From Octopus bimaculoides (taxonomy: Eukaryota): 64,000 nt of DNA. The notes beneath the pieces were generated by a model. It did no database searches, had not been told where the DNA came from, and saw only the letters and a program-made list of their open reading frames with translations. Of the stretch, positions 23,001-36,750 are shown one piece after another (the stretch's first letter is position 1; every line of letters starts with the position of its first letter). The translations under genes were made by a program, and so were the position numbers. The DNA is taken from the NCBI RefSeq assembly GCF_001194135.2, contig NC_068997.1, positions 6,949,412-7,013,411 on the forward strand. The letters run 5' to 3'.

Positions 23001-23807
23001 CTAAAGGTTACTAGCTTTGATCAAGCAAGCCTATGATCAAAAGCCTCTCACCTTAATTTGTATTTAGAGCCACATTATATAGTGCTTGCTTCCTTCAAAA
23101 CAGTTGGAAGAGAGAAAGATTTGGTTGCTATTACTAGCAGGTTAAGTAACAACATTAAAGCTTTCTCGTTGTTGCCAGAGATGGGTAAATTTCTGATACT
23201 AGCGCTTTAAGAAGCAGTCATCAAACTTTTCAGGATTCTTAGCTTAAGAGTACAGGATTGGAACCTTGGTGTAACAACAAGGGCGAGATGGATTTCTGTG
23301 ACTTCCTACAATGAGCATTTCATTGTGTGATCGACCAAGCTTCTTGCTGTTTGAATTAACATGGAAGTGGCTGAGTATTCCACAGACAGATGTACTTTTA
23401 ACATAGCTGTCAAGTAGCATCGTCATGACAGTGTGACAAAGCTGCACCTTTCAATCTGACAGGTTTCCATGCAGTTTCCTTCTTCTTAATTTCACTCACA
23501 ACTATTGAAATATAAATATTCAAAGTATAGTTTAAAGAGGAAAATGTGGACAACTAAATTAATAGAATATTGGAAAACCTTATAAAAAGTTATTTATTTT
23601 TTGGTAAGCAAAAACATTGTTGGATCTGGGTTTCCAGTCATTGGATCTGTGGATTGTAGCTGGAAACAATGACAAGGTTTTTTTTAAAATTCATTAAACA
23701 AGTGACATTTCGAATTTTTGGATTTAAAAACACTTAGTTTTATTTTCTCAAGAATGTTTACCTTTTTCATTGAGATATATATCAGCAAAAGACACACACA
23801 CGTGTGC

Positions 23808-23839
<32 letters not shown>

Positions 23840-24157
23840 NNNNNNNNNNNNNNNNNNNNNNNNNNNNNNNNNNNNNNNNNNNNNNNNNNNNNNNNNNNNN
23901 NNNNNNNNNNNNNNNNNNNNNNNNNNNNNNNNNNNNNNNNNNNNNNNNNNNNNNNNNNNNNNNNNNNNNNNNNNNNNNNNNNNNNNNNNNNNNNNNNNNN
24001 NNNNNNNNNNNNNNNNNNNNNNNNNNNNNNNNNNNNNNNNNNNNNNNNNNNNNNNNNNNNNNNNNNNNNNNNNNNNNNNNNNNNNNNNNNNNNNNNNNNN
24101 NNNNNNNNNNNNNNNNNNNNNNNNNNNNNNNNNNNNNNNNNNNNNNNNNNNNNNNNN

Positions 24158-24216
<59 letters not shown>

Positions 24217-26773
24217 TAGCAATTTGGGCAAATCCTTAGAAATTCAAATAAAATACTTCTGGTATTTGTTTTGAATCTCAACACTGAGTTCAAATCCTAG
24301 TATCAAATTTTGCCTTGTATCCTTTTGCCATCAAATTACCATTCCAAGGACTGGCAGATCTGTCAGAACATCAGACCAGATGCCTTACAATAGCCGTTCC
24401 AGTTCCTTGCATTCTGATGGAAATGCCTCAATGCAACACAAAGGGCCAGGCTGCATTGGCCTCACATCCTCTTCTACAACAACATCACGAGCAGGGAGAG
24501 GGAAGAATTGCATTGTTGACAGTTCTAGTCTTTCTGAGAAATGTTGTTCTGGTCTGTGATTTGGAAAGGAACTTTCATGCTACAGATATTCAAGCTGTCT
24601 ATAACAGATGATAAAGGTCACTGAAACATGTGCACGTGTGTGCACATGCATACACACATCACTGTATCAACCAGACTGTTGGATGTTGTTATACACTGCT
24701 GATCACAATGCACTTTGTGCATCTATGGCAGGAGACAAGAATGGGTCATACAATTGCATTCGACTTTGAAACACATGAATGCAAAGCAAATTTTTTAACC
24801 ATTCAACAAAATGCTTATACTTATGGTTGATAAGTCCTTTCACAGCACTGAGTTGTGTCTATAACCAATGAATTTCATGCACACACAAAGCACAATCCAC
24901 TCAATCAGAAAGAGGAACTGAAGAGTACAAAAAACTGATTGCTGCAAATAACGGCAGAATGAAGCAGAACATTCGATTGGTTTGTAAAAGTGAGATTAAC
25001 TTTTGCGGGAGAGGCCTGCCTTTTAGCAAATTGTGTTACCCACTGATACAAAAACAAGCCAATCTGTTCAATGATGCTACTACCATCCCCCAAAGACTAT
25101 GAAGCTGACAAAAAAGATGCTGAAAGGAAACTTAAAATAGACTTTCACATAGCTTACATTTTTTTTTGTTTTTTTTTCAAACTTGGTGAAATACCATCTT
25201 TGTATTATTATTGGAAGGAAAACTAGCAAAAGGATGTTGCAATGGAAAGAATGACAGTGAATGTGTTTGACAATATATAAACTGTGACACTTGATTGCTG
25301 AAGAACAGGTGAAGATTGTGGAACAGGTTTTTAAGGTTTGTGTACCAAAAATAGAATAGGATTACATTGTTTTTTAATGGCAGTTGCAATTGCAGACAAA
25401 GATTTGGCAATGGTAATAGGGCTTAAAATGTTATTGGTTACAATTTTATTTAGGAGGAATTGGGGATCCTGTTTACTTTTTGCCGGAATAGAAAAGAAAA
25501 TGTCCACATCGGAATCTGATGAAAACTTGTGATAAGTTCATGTTGCATGCAAGCCTTCTTCAGCGAGAGAGACAAGCAGTGACATCTGCCTAGTCTCAGA
25601 TATAATAACGAAGAAAAAAAAAAATGCTGTAAGATTTAAATCAGTACTATTTAGTTTGTAGTCCAATTGCTAATCTTGCAATTTTTGTACTTCTGTTACA
25701 ATTAAAATAATCTGATTCAATTGACCTGAAACTGCTGGTAGCTTCCAGTCTTGACTAAAGTCTAACATGAAAGTACAATAATGTCTAAAGTGTCCTTTTC
25801 ACAAGGTAATAGTACAGGGTTAGAGAGAGATTTGGCTACTCTTTCTTGAAGGTTGAATAACTCCATGTAGTGTTAATTATTGTCCAGTTTATAGTGGACA
25901 TTATACTAGTGCTGGTCACTGTACAGTAGTGTTGATCACTGAACAATGTAGTACTGGTCATTGTACACAGTGTAATGCTGATAACTGTACAGTTTACAAT
26001 GTGCACCAGACATAGTTTAGCAATGGTCGTTAAACTCAGTGTAGTGATGGACACTGTCTCTCATATTGCTTACTGTACGCAGTTTGGTATTGACTGTTGA
26101 GTGTAGTGTTGGCCATTGTACACAGTGTCATGCTGGTCACTGTACTTAGCATGGTATTAGTCTTTGTACTCTACTGCATACAGTGACCAACATCACATTA
26201 GTGTTGACCAATGAAAGAAACATTAGTCACTCATTCCATCTGGAGATTTGAGGTAGCACAATCTCATACTACTTATGTCTGGACAAAGAAGTCGGTCATT
26301 TTATACCTCCAACTGTTGATGTTGCAAAGGTTTGCTACCCCAAAATTATCTTAAATCGATTTCAATCGGACTGAGGTATTTTATTGCCAGAATCATAAGG
26401 AAACGGACATGAAATAGCTTCTCCATATCAAACATGCAAGGATAACCCCAGATTTCTTTTGTCCCTAAAGTCCTTTGGTGATTTTCTGGTGGCAACAGAG
26501 TAGAACTGTTACATTTGGGATCTCCTGGTCATGAAATTGCACAGATTAGGGAGTCATGTGATACTCATCAGCCATTTGGTCAGAGACAAAAGTGTTTTCA
26601 GCAGTGACCAGGGTAAAGGGTCATTCTATGCAAAGATCTGTTCTACTGAACTTGCATTAGAAGAAGATTAATACAGGTAGCTGAACCATAATCTGGTTCA
26701 GTTTCCCCAACTGGATCTCCACATCCGAAGGAGTCACATTTTCATAGATGAAAGAAACAGTATATAACTGAAT

Positions 26774-28800
26774 TTGGATCTTGGAACACTGGGACTCAAT
26801 GATGAACCAAACAGCTTTCAACTGAAACACTGGACAGTAACCATCTGTAGGGAATTGACACACTGCAATACTGACACAACTGCTCTTAATGAGATCAGAT
26901 TAGCTGATGAAGAACAGCTGAAGAAGCATGGCAGTTGCTTTGCAATATCTAGTGGCCTGGTTGGTAAGCTACGTGAACTAATTACTAACATCATTGCAAC
27001 GTTGATGGCTCTCCACTTAAAGCTAGCTTACAGACTAACATTCATCAGTGCATGTGTGTCCACACAGGATGCTAACATAAAAGAAAATGAGGAATTTTAT
27101 GTTTAGTGTCTTTTACAGCATTCCAAAACAAAGCAGAATCAGTGCCAAAGTTGAAAAAAATAAATGTTGGAGTGGCACAATTGGAAAGAATAACATGAAA
27201 GAAATTCAAATAGTATCCTGCTCGCAAATAAATGCAAGAAAGACAACATCTCCAACTGTTTTAACAAGAAAATTGATACAAGGATTCCTAACAACTTGTA
27301 CAATCAAAACACTAAGATGTGATTGACTTGGGCTCATCATAAGACTTGTGATCATACACCTAATGTGTAATGAGAAGAACTGACAATTGCTGGACAAACC
27401 ATCATTACAATAAATTAACATGACAATTCTACTCACTCCAAAATAATAACAACAAAAGAGTAACAAGACCAGCAGAAAATTAACACTGAATCCCTGGGGC
27501 TAATGCAGTTTCGCACCTCTCCTTGAAAAATGTATTTAAAATTAAAAAATTTTTTTGGTTTAGATGTTGGAGATTGTGAATAACCAAAAAAAATTTTTTT
27601 AACCCCCCCACAATTAAAATTTTTGATTTTGTTTACATTAAAGAGATTGTAGCAAATTGACGAACATATGCAAATCGAAATTAAATACAGACGAAAATCT
27701 TAAAGTGAAAAGAATTTTTTTTTTTTGCATATTCGTAATCTCCAACATCTAAAACATAGGAATCCCAAAAAAATTTTTTTTTTAAATGCATTTTTCAAGG
27801 AGAGGTGTGAAACTGCATTAGCCCTGAATCTCTTAAAGACCCAACAAAAGCAGAGAAACTTGTGCTATGCCATAAATGAGGAACTGTCATCCATCAGCTT
27901 AGAATATTGTTCTGAAAACACAGGATGGACTTTGAAGACTGGAATGGTTAAGTGTTGTCAGGAGTCTTTAGAAACTGACTGTCAGGCATGATACCAAAAG
28001 TTCAACATAGATTTAAAAATGATATAAAAAACTTATAACAGAACAACTTACTGAAAACAACCAATCACTGCAACATCATACAAAAGAACTTTCTTGACAA
28101 CCTAATATATAAAAACATTGGCCTGACCCCGCAACACAAGTGAAACAAAGGTCTTGTACCAGCAATCACCAAACCCAACCATTCAGGCACATGAACAGAT
28201 AGCGGGAAATGTAGAACACTTCCAGTACCCAAGTCACAAAACACAGATATAGAAAAGGAAATGCGACACTGAACAAAATGTAAACTTTGTTTACCCAAGA
28301 AGAAAATGGGTTTATAAAGATCCTCATAGAAGACAGATTACCAAACTTATTGTGTACCAGGCTCCAGGTTTATGATTAAACTCACTCTGAACCCTGGACG
28401 AATCATAGGTAGCATTTCAATGAAATGTCTGAGAAAAAGCATGCAGCTTCAACATAGAAGAGATGTTTGAACAATTGACGTCTCTTATTTTGAAACCATT
28501 ATTTCATTCAGTTGGCCATGTCAAGAGAAAGCAGAACAATGGTTGCCCAAACAACTGCTTTATTCTCAGTTGAATGAAGGCAGGCACACACAAGGCAGAT
28601 AAAAGAAGCTATCCAAAGACATATTGGAAGGAAAGGTAAAAAGTGTGCCATCAATGTGTAAAAGTAAGAAATGTAGTCCAGTGGTAACAAATCCTTTTTT
28701 TTGATGATGGCCCAACACTTTCTGACAGACGACACTGAATACCTCAACAATAAAAAACAAGTTTGGAAAACAACGTGAAGAGGACAACATTGTGTTCCAA
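26774..28800 (+). mobile_element. ancient RTE/BovB-like LINE ORF2 remnant (AP endonuclease region onward), interrupted by a MITE
   Basis: ORF 26774-27106 (LGTLGLNDEPNS...RELTHCNTDTTALNEIRLADEEQL...FAISSGLVGKLREL...LMALHL...TFISA...KENEEFY) follows the RTE endonuclease pattern LGTWN.RTL...RELARYNIDIAALSETRLA.EGQL...GVGFAI...LV.KL...LM.LRL...T.ISAYAPT...KE.FY. Weaker similarity continues past 27834, so the 3' boundary is approximate. Confidence 0.7.
27496..27824. mobile_element. Mutator(MULE)-type MITE
   Basis: Terminal inverted repeats GGG(G)CTAATGCAGTTTC.CACCTCTCCTTGAAAAATG.ATTTAAA extend imperfectly to about 100 bp. 9-bp TSD with one mismatch: TGAATCCCT (27487-27495) and TGAATCTCT (27825-27833). 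Confidence 0.85.
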
Positions 28801-28943
28801 CAAATGTGTGGTTTGTGAATCCTCAGCAGTAAATATGGTGGATAATAATCTACCAAAGTATTACAGATAAAGACCACACAATCAACTGCATGATGCGGCA
28901 TGATGTAGTTACTATACAAAATATATTATTAGTCATTGCACAG

Positions 28944-29062
28944 TGTGGTGTTAAATACTGCACACAGCGTGGTGTTAATTACTGCATACAACGTGTGTTA
29001 ATTACTGCACACAGCGTGGTGTTAATTACTGCACACAGCGTGGTGTTAATTACTGCACACAG
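28944..29062. repeat. 24-nt minisatellite (CGTGGTGTTAATTACTGCACACAG) x5
   Basis: Five head-to-tail units with no spacers; one unit is 23 nt. Confidence 0.95.
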
Positions 29063-29460
29063 TGAGATTTTAATGCATATCGTTAAAAAGTTTGATGGTT
29101 TAAGATAGACTAAGAAGGATTTGTAACGCATGGTAACTGGAAGAATTAGAGTTGTGTCATTAAGAAGTTCACTTCAAAATTACATCATTCTGGGTTCATT
29201 CCCACTGCATAACACTTTGAGTAAATGTCTGCTATAGTCTTGGGTTAATCAATATTTTGTAATGAAATATGGCAGAGAGACACCATTGCTAAGCCAATCA
29301 TACACACACACACACACACACACAAATCATCATTGCTTGCCATTAGAAATACAATAAATGAGTGATTGGATCATTGGAAACCTTTAAACAATGTTGTCTT
29401 TCACAAATTGTGATATAAAATAAAGATAACATAATGTTACACATACAACCGTAAGGGTAT

Positions 29461-29613
29461 GGTTGTGTGGCAAAGAAGCTTGCTTCCCAACCACATAGTT
29501 CCGAGTTCAATCTCATTGCATGGCATTTTGGGTAAGTGCCTTTTACTATAGCCTCAGGCCAACCAAAGCCTTGTGAGTGGATTTGGTAGATGGAAACTGA
29601 AAGAAGCCCGTTG

Positions 29614-29658
<45 letters not shown>

Positions 29659-29796
29659 CTCAACCATCGCATGACAACTGATGTTGGTGTGTTTACGTCC
29701 CTGTAACTTAGCAGTTTGGCATAAAGATCGATAGAATAAGTACTAGGCTTACAAAGAATAAGTCCTGGGTTGGATTCTTCAACCAAAGTAAAAGAA
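29461..29796 (+). mobile_element. SINE family A copy
   Basis: Collinear with 8640-9035, including the internal (TA)n(TG)n. Confidence 0.88.
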
Positions 29797-31526
29797 TGTG
29801 TGTGTGTGTGTATGAAATTTACTGATGTATACTGGAGGTTACTAGTTCAGAAAACTTTCAAATGGTGTTTAATGAATGAAGCCCCTTGAGATATTGACTC
29901 TACAGTGGGTTAAAGGCACTCCCTTGTCATCATTGGAGACCTGTAACCAATGAAGGAATTGTTTACAAATTGTGACAAAATAAATATAAAGTGTCTTTTC
30001 TGTTTTTTTTTTTTTGAATAAGTCCACCATATTCCTGCTTGTTGTAAAGTGGCAATTAAAAGAAGTGGCTTCAGAAAGGGAATCCACTCATAAAGCATTG
30101 TCTCAAACACACACACACAATTCATGCCTCTAAGAAAGAAAAAAAAAAACAAATATAAAAACAATTTTGATGATGACAACGATAAAAAGAGCGGAGGAAC
30201 GGATGGTGCTGTGCAGGCAAAGGAGGATGGGAAACATTGATTAGGGTGATTAGGTTCAATGTTGAGTGATATTAAGATTAGTGATGAATGGTGAAGAAAA
30301 AGGTGAGGATAAGTGAAAGAAGCCACGAGTTTAATATTGCTGGAATGTTGAGGGTGACCTTGTAGTGTCGAGTAAGAAATGGGGTTACAAACAACAGAAA
30401 AGGAGTGAGACAGAAGGGGAGTTAATGACAACTGAAATGTGAAAAAAAGAGGGAGTACAACATGAAATTATTTTGTTGGATCCAAGGAAGCATAAACTCA
30501 CAGAAGAATTAAAAGGCAGAAAGGTGATTTCGCGGACCTCTTTAACCTATGTCACCAAGAAAAGGGGACAAAAAAGAGAAAAAAAAAAATGAAAAAAACA
30601 CTAAGGGAAGAAGCTGTAACAATATAGCAAGTTGTTAAATAAGCAAAAAAAAAAAAAAAAAATTTCCATTTCAAATTAGTAATTGCTGTTGGATCTGTAA
30701 TTAACAAAGCAGAGAAAGTTAATTAGTAAACAGCAAAGATTCAATGCAGAATGAAGGGTTAAGATAAAGGTTTTAAATCAGGGAGAAGTAATTATATGGT
30801 GTATATTTGTGTATGTAATGGTGGCAGGAGAGAGGGATTAAAGTATGATCTAGACTACTGGCTAAACCCCAAGCCTCTTCAAGGTAATCAAAGACATTCT
30901 AGTTGTGACCATCCTGTTAGTTTTGCATATCTAGAACTGTACTGTCTTAATATGTAGTTTTTGTTTGTTTGTTTTTTTTGAGATAGTATGAATACATGTA
31001 GACCATCAAGTAACCATGTGGAAGCTCTCTTGTTGGCTCACAGATTGTTGTTGTTATTCTTGGGTCTGACCATTCAACCCTATTGAAGCAAACATGTTGC
31101 AATGGTGACAAACCAAATCTTTGGGAACCATCAAGTGCAGCAGTTAAGATTTACAATACTTGAACTGGGCTCCAGTTTAGGATAAGGTTTGTCACTCGGT
31201 CATTTGGACATCCATTTTTATGTCTGCTTCTCCCCCATACTCATGCTAGCATGGGTTTGACAGATTTACATTGTTGAGGCATTGCTTTACAGTCAAATGC
31301 CCTCCCAGCCACTTATCCATACCCGTTTTCCAAGTAAGGCACTTTTTATTGCACATGTCTTTGAAAGACCAGAACGACTAAATGATTTGTTGACAAGGAA
31401 TACCGTCTAGAGCTCAGAAATTTCTAACGAGATTGTAGAATGTAAGCACTCACACATAAAAACACCACATGATAGGCCTTGTATAGTTTTAAGCTTCCAA
31501 ATTCACTCTAAAAGCATTGGTTAGCA

Positions 31527-31568
<42 letters not shown>

Positions 31569-32424
31569 GAAAGTTGTCGTTTCTAATTCTTACATGAGAT
31601 TCCCTGGGCAAAGTATTCCTCAAGAACATCATTACATCTTGTAGCGCTCAACTTTTGAAGTATAGGAATACAAACTCCATTACTTGTATAATTGGAAGAG
31701 CCTGCAGCTGTAAAATGTGCTGGCTCAACTAAATATTCATCAAACCCATGCCAGCATACAGAAAAAAAAAAAAAAAGGAAACAGACATAAATGAATGAAC
31801 AAATGAACAATACATGACATGATGGTTGCATGAAAGCCATTGATTCATCATATCAGACTGGCAAAACTCATTCTGATGTCCACTGGCTCATCTATCCCAT
31901 AGTATTTAGTCATTGACTGAGCAGGCAACATGTATTAACAATTCTGTTCAAAATAATGCCAGGGGTCACAACAGAGGTCAACAAGTTATACTTGCTTTTA
32001 TTGTGTTTGGTTTTGATTCTTTTTGATTCTACGAATGGTTGTTGGTAACCACCACCAAACATAGAGCAGGTAGTACAACTGCTGCAGCAACTGTCTTGAT
32101 GCAAAAGTCTCACAACTCAAACACCAAAGACAGAATGATTCGACCAAAAACACTCAATATTATCAAAGTAACAACCAAACCTTTCTAACATTTTTAAAAT
32201 GGAGAGAACATGTGAGAAATCCTAAATTTCAGGAAAATATGGCCACAGTAAGGACAAGATGACCACACCTGAAAGATGACCACACCTGAAAGATGACCGA
32301 ATAATGAGATTGTTCAGTACATCAGTACAGTATTTGTTTAATGCATGCAATTAATGTTAGTCTACACAGCTTGGTGACAGTGCACACTGTGTGGCAACAG
32401 AACATAGATGGGTTTTAGTTAATA

Positions 32425-32720
32425 CAGTGCAACCTCGATTTACGAATGTCTCATTAAAAACAAAGCAGTTTATGAACAATTTTTCAAGCATAAAACATCT
32501 TGAGTGACAACCATTGTCTCAGCTGGAAATAATAGTTGACCGTAAGCTTACAGGACAAAGTGTCAGCTACCATTTGGCTTTTGCTCAATACACATCACAA
32601 CTTGAATTTGTAGTGCCTTTTCTTAAATCTGCTTTAGGGAAAACAGTTTCAGTTTACGAACATTTCAGGTAACAAATGACCTTCAGGAATTAATTAAATC
32701 CGTAAACCAAGGTTTCATTG
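32425..32720. mobile_element. pogo/Tigger-type MITE (~296 bp)
   Basis: TA|CAGTGCAACCTCGATTTACGAA ... TCCGTAAACCAAGGTTTCATTG|TA: imperfect ~22-bp terminal inverted repeats with TA TSDs at 32423-32424 and 32721-32722. Confidence 0.85.
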
Positions 32721-34391
32721 TAGATGCAGTGTGGTTTTAGTACATACGGTGTAGTGTTGGTTAATACATACAATGTGATATTATTTATTTCAGACAGTGT
32801 ATAAGTATTAGTTAATGAATAGAATATGTTATATCAAAGTGTTGTATCTCTATTGTAGCTTCTTTAAAGTAGGGTTTATAATGTGTTGCGTGTAGTATTT
32901 CCATTGAGTATCTACTATAAAGTGAGTAGAAATAATTTATGACAAAGGAATGTAAATGCATTCTTTGCAAGCTCTAAAAGAAGGAAAATAGAAAGCAGAA
33001 GATAAAACCAAATAAATTAGAGAAGCTAAACAGAAATAAAAAGAAAAAAAAAACAAAAATTAAGAAAAAGACAATGCAAAAGAAAGTAAATAAATATATT
33101 CTTTAATATTTTATTAGGTAACTTTTGTTCTTTTTAATTTTTTGATCTTTTTAGAATTTTTAGTAGCAAACAGTTAAAAAAGCTCCAGTACAGTCATATA
33201 AAAGTCAGGCAAGTTTTCAGAACTTTGAAGCAGGCAAAAGAAAATTATAAAAGAAGGAACTTATAAAGATGAAAGTACAAAGAACAAAATTAAGGAAATT
33301 TTGATTTAAAGAAGAAAAGCAGAAAATAGGTGGGGGAGTGGGGGAGATAGACAATTGCATAAAATTGCAATTCATTTAAATAAATTTAACTGAACACACT
33401 CTCATTGTTCTACTGCTTTTAATTTTTTGACAATCCCCAGAAGGATTGTGTAATATTATGCAGAACTGTTCTTACTATCAAAGACTTAGACATTTTCCAG
33501 TCTAAACATGAACTGTTGTAATGACGACCAGGTTTTCATAAAACTTAAAATTCTGTTGTCAATGAGACAAGTTGGCACAAGATATTCAGAAAGTTTATAG
33601 ACACAACAACAACATTGGAATGTGGTTCTCTATAAGTTTACTTTAGATGAAAGTGGAATATTATTAGCTGCTCAGGACTTAGGATTTGCTAACAAAGCAA
33701 TTAAACTCATATTTATAGTATTTTTGTTTTGTTTTTTTGTTTTTTTTTAAGCTCAGGTTAGTTTAGAACTAAAATATTTAGTTTCTTTTTTAAATTAAAA
33801 TCACTTTAAAATGTTTAAAATGTACTTCTTATAAGAAATACAGTTCTATTAATTTCAAATGAAAAATAATTTGAAATTTAAAAGTAGGACTGCAGAGAGG
33901 TAAACATGAAAATGATTTCAGTGTATGCGTATTATTGTTTTATGCTAAATTCAACTCCAGATGACAAACATATGTCAAAACTTACCTTTATCTTATGGCT
34001 AGAAACAGTCAAACATAAATTTGGCAAGAATAGTTTAAAGAATTTTGTTGTTGCTGTTTGGTTTTGTTTATATTGTTATTTCATTTTATTTTCCTTCTCA
34101 AATCAAAAAGGGCATTATTTCACTTTAGTTTGGATCAATTTCTTTTGGAAAATAAACAAAACACACATGCACACTCCTGTTTATATATCTTATCCGTGAT
34201 TATGTACATAGTACAAGTAAACAAATACACACTGCATTCCCTTACTGCACATGTAAGCTTTGCTTCTCCCAACCAAATAGTCTAGCAGTTAATAAAGTTA
34301 AAGTTGCAGTTAAAGAAAAGATGAAGAAGTAAAGAACAACAGCAGCAGCAGCAGCAGCAGAAATTAAGAGGGATTAAAAAGGCTTGTTAGA

Positions 34392-35555
34392 TCATACGGC
34401 TGATTCATAAGAAAACGTTTGATAGTAGAAAGGCTGGTTGTTGGGGTACGGTAGATTTGGAGAAGTAGGAGAGACTGGTGTATTGGCTTCAGATTCCTCT
34501 ACAGAGTGAAAATGTTTGGAAGAGTTTTTCTTATGAAGAAACGGCAATGAAAATGTGAGTGGGGAAATAGGGGATGTGGGAGTGGCAGCAGAATTGCGAA
34601 GTTTGGAGAAGAATTTTTTAGGGTTAGATTTTTTAAAAACTGGGATGGAAATGGAGTTTGGATGAAAAAGATCTTTCTCATGATTGGAAGATGATGAAGA
34701 TTCGGAACAGTCAATGTTTGGAGTACTGACCTTAACGGAATTGCTCTCCTTAATGAGCTCAATTTCCTCTTCCTCCTCATCTTCACCACAAATGCCCACT
34801 TCATAGGCAACAATTGAAGCATGATCAAGTTTGCCAGGAGCTTTAGACATCTGTTCAACAATTTGTGAGTCTCTACGCTTACGCTCCTTTGAAGTCATTT
34901 TTTTCTTTCTATATAACTCTGGATTTTCAAGAATTTTTCTTTTGGAATCAGTCAAAGTTAATACATGCTGCACAAGGGCCCCACAGAGTTCCTGAGCAGA
35001 ACATGTCTCTTCAGTTAATAGTTCATGTTCATGAATTATCCGTTCCATTTCTTTTAGTGCATAGATATGTCGTTCTTGTGGTTCCATCATAGGTTTGTCT
35101 TCAAAAGTGTCAGGGGTCGTTGGCAAAGCATCATTAGAGTTGTTATCGGTATTCTTCCGTGGAATTGCAACTTTGGTGACAACAGGATCAAAGTTGTCTG
35201 ATATCCCATCAGTTGTGAGGAAAACCACATCACCTTTATTCACAAAAGTCAAAGAGCAGGTGAGATTTTGTAATTCAGGGTTTTCTCCATCGACAGGACC
35301 AATTGCTCCCCCAGCATCACGGATATCACGTTCAGACGCTACATCATGAGAACCAACTGTTATTTCTCTAATTCCATTGTTTTTGCTGAAAACGTAGGCA
35401 AAACTGTCTCCAACATTAACACAACATACAGCAAAATCAGCAGAATTGTAGACTGGACAAATGAGGCAAACACATAATGTCGTTAAGCCCCCTTCTTTCT
35501 TTAAGATGGTTCTGTGAGCAGCATCCATAGATGTACGTAATATTTCCAATGCTTC
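34392..35555 (-). CDS. PP2C-like domain protein (CG9801-like), terminal coding exon
   Basis: Acceptor GTATGTCTTTGTAG then phase-0 EALEILRTSM. 388 codons containing GGLTTL, CVNVGDS, SHD, GAIGPVDG.NPEL.NLT, FLTTDGISDNFDP and PGKLDHASIVAYEV (PP2C motifs 5, 8 and 11 of the CG9801-type family). Ends ESAV*. Confidence 0.93.
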   Translation of the reverse strand, partial: EALEILRTSMDAAHRTILKKEGGLTTLCVCLICPVYNSADFAVCCVNVGDSFAYVFSKNNGIREITVGSHDVASERDIRDAGGAIGPVDGENPELQNLTCSLTFVNKGDVVFLTTDGISDNFDPVVTKVAIPRKNTDNNSNDALPTTPDTFEDKPMMEPQERHIYALKEMERIIHEHELLTEETCSAQELCGALVQHVLTLTDSKRKILENPELYRKKKMTSKERKRRDSQIVEQMSKAPGKLDHASIVAYEVGICGEDEEEEEIELIKESNSVKVSTPNIDCSESSSSSNHEKDLFHPNSISIPVFKKSNPKKFFSKLRNSAATPTSPISPLTFSLPFLHKKNSSKHFHSVEESEANTPVSPTSPNLPYPNNQPFYYQTFSYESAV

Positions 35556-36612
35556 CTACAAAGACATACCAAGAGTAAATAATATCAGATATTCTAGGAT
35601 TAAAAAATTAAGAAATATAAAATAAAAAATGATTAACATTTTAAATATATAAATAAAATTTGAGAAGCCCAGAAGTCAGGGCTTTTAAAAACATTGAAAC
35701 AATTCCGAATAATTTTTAATGTAGAATATTTGTACAAGAAAAATTACGTAACTCAGCATACAGAATTTGGATTAATAAAAAACTAATTTGCAGTAAAAAT
35801 CTACGTAAAGGACATATAAATATGACATTGCAATTTCAACCTGATTTTGACAGATTTAGCTTTGGAACAGCCAGAAGTCTTGTTTTGCAGATCTGTAAAT
35901 ATTATAATATTAGGTTTAAATATTTGTCAATAATTATATGAGAAAAATTAAACAACCTTCTGATATTGACACAGATATTAACAATTTCAGACAGAATGGC
36001 ATTTGGGAATCTAATCAAAAGTAAGGAGACCTGAAATTATGATCTTTTACTTGCTAAACCTGTTCTTCCTAAGAATTACAACTGAAAAATTATACCTAAG
36101 AGCAGGGCTAAATAAATGTTCTTATAATAGAACCAGCAACATTTCTTCTTCAGCCTTACCGATTCTTTGAAATGAAAAATATGACCAAATTTAATTCTAA
36201 CTCGATCTTGAAAATAGTTTATTTTTCCTCTGTTTTCTAAAAATTAAGAGGAATTTATGAAATGACAAGTTTCCGAAAGGGGAAATAACTGTTGACAGAC
36301 TAAATCTCTAGATCAACAGTAAAAATCCGAATAGCATTAGAGAAACTGTTATTATCTGCCGTCAGACTACCACTCCACGGTTCGATTCTGGTGGATATTT
36401 CCTACAATTAAACTACATGACTGACCTGGAACTTAAAAGTCTTGAATTGTCTTGAGAGAGAATTACCAACTGAATGCTTCTTGGTGGCCCAAACTCATGC
36501 CAAATGAATATTTAGGCTTCAAGCCAACACGGGAGCCTCTATGTAGTTACTCAACCTGGTAAAAATAGCAGCCAGATCAAACCCAATTCACTCTTTTAAT
36601 ATTTATAGACAT

Positions 36613-36750
36613 TAAATTCCGCCGAGGTCAACTTTGCCTTTCATCCTTTCGGGGTTGATAAATTAAGTACCAGTTGCGTACTGGGGTTGATCTATTTGAC
36701 TGCCCCCCTCCCCCAAAATTTCGAGCCTTGTGCCTAGAGTAGAAGAGAAC
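36613..36750 (+). mobile_element. SINE family B, 5'-truncated copy with 12-bp TSD
   Basis: Starts mid-head at AAATTCCGCCGAGGTCAACTTTGCCTTTCATCCTTTCGGGG. TSD ATTTATAGACAT (36601-36612) and ATTTATAGGCAT (36751-36762). Confidence 0.9.

Noticed and set aside
28944-29062. Regularly spaced 24-nt repeats as a possible CRISPR array
   Set aside because: The units are contiguous with no unique spacers, in a eukaryotic context with no cas genes.
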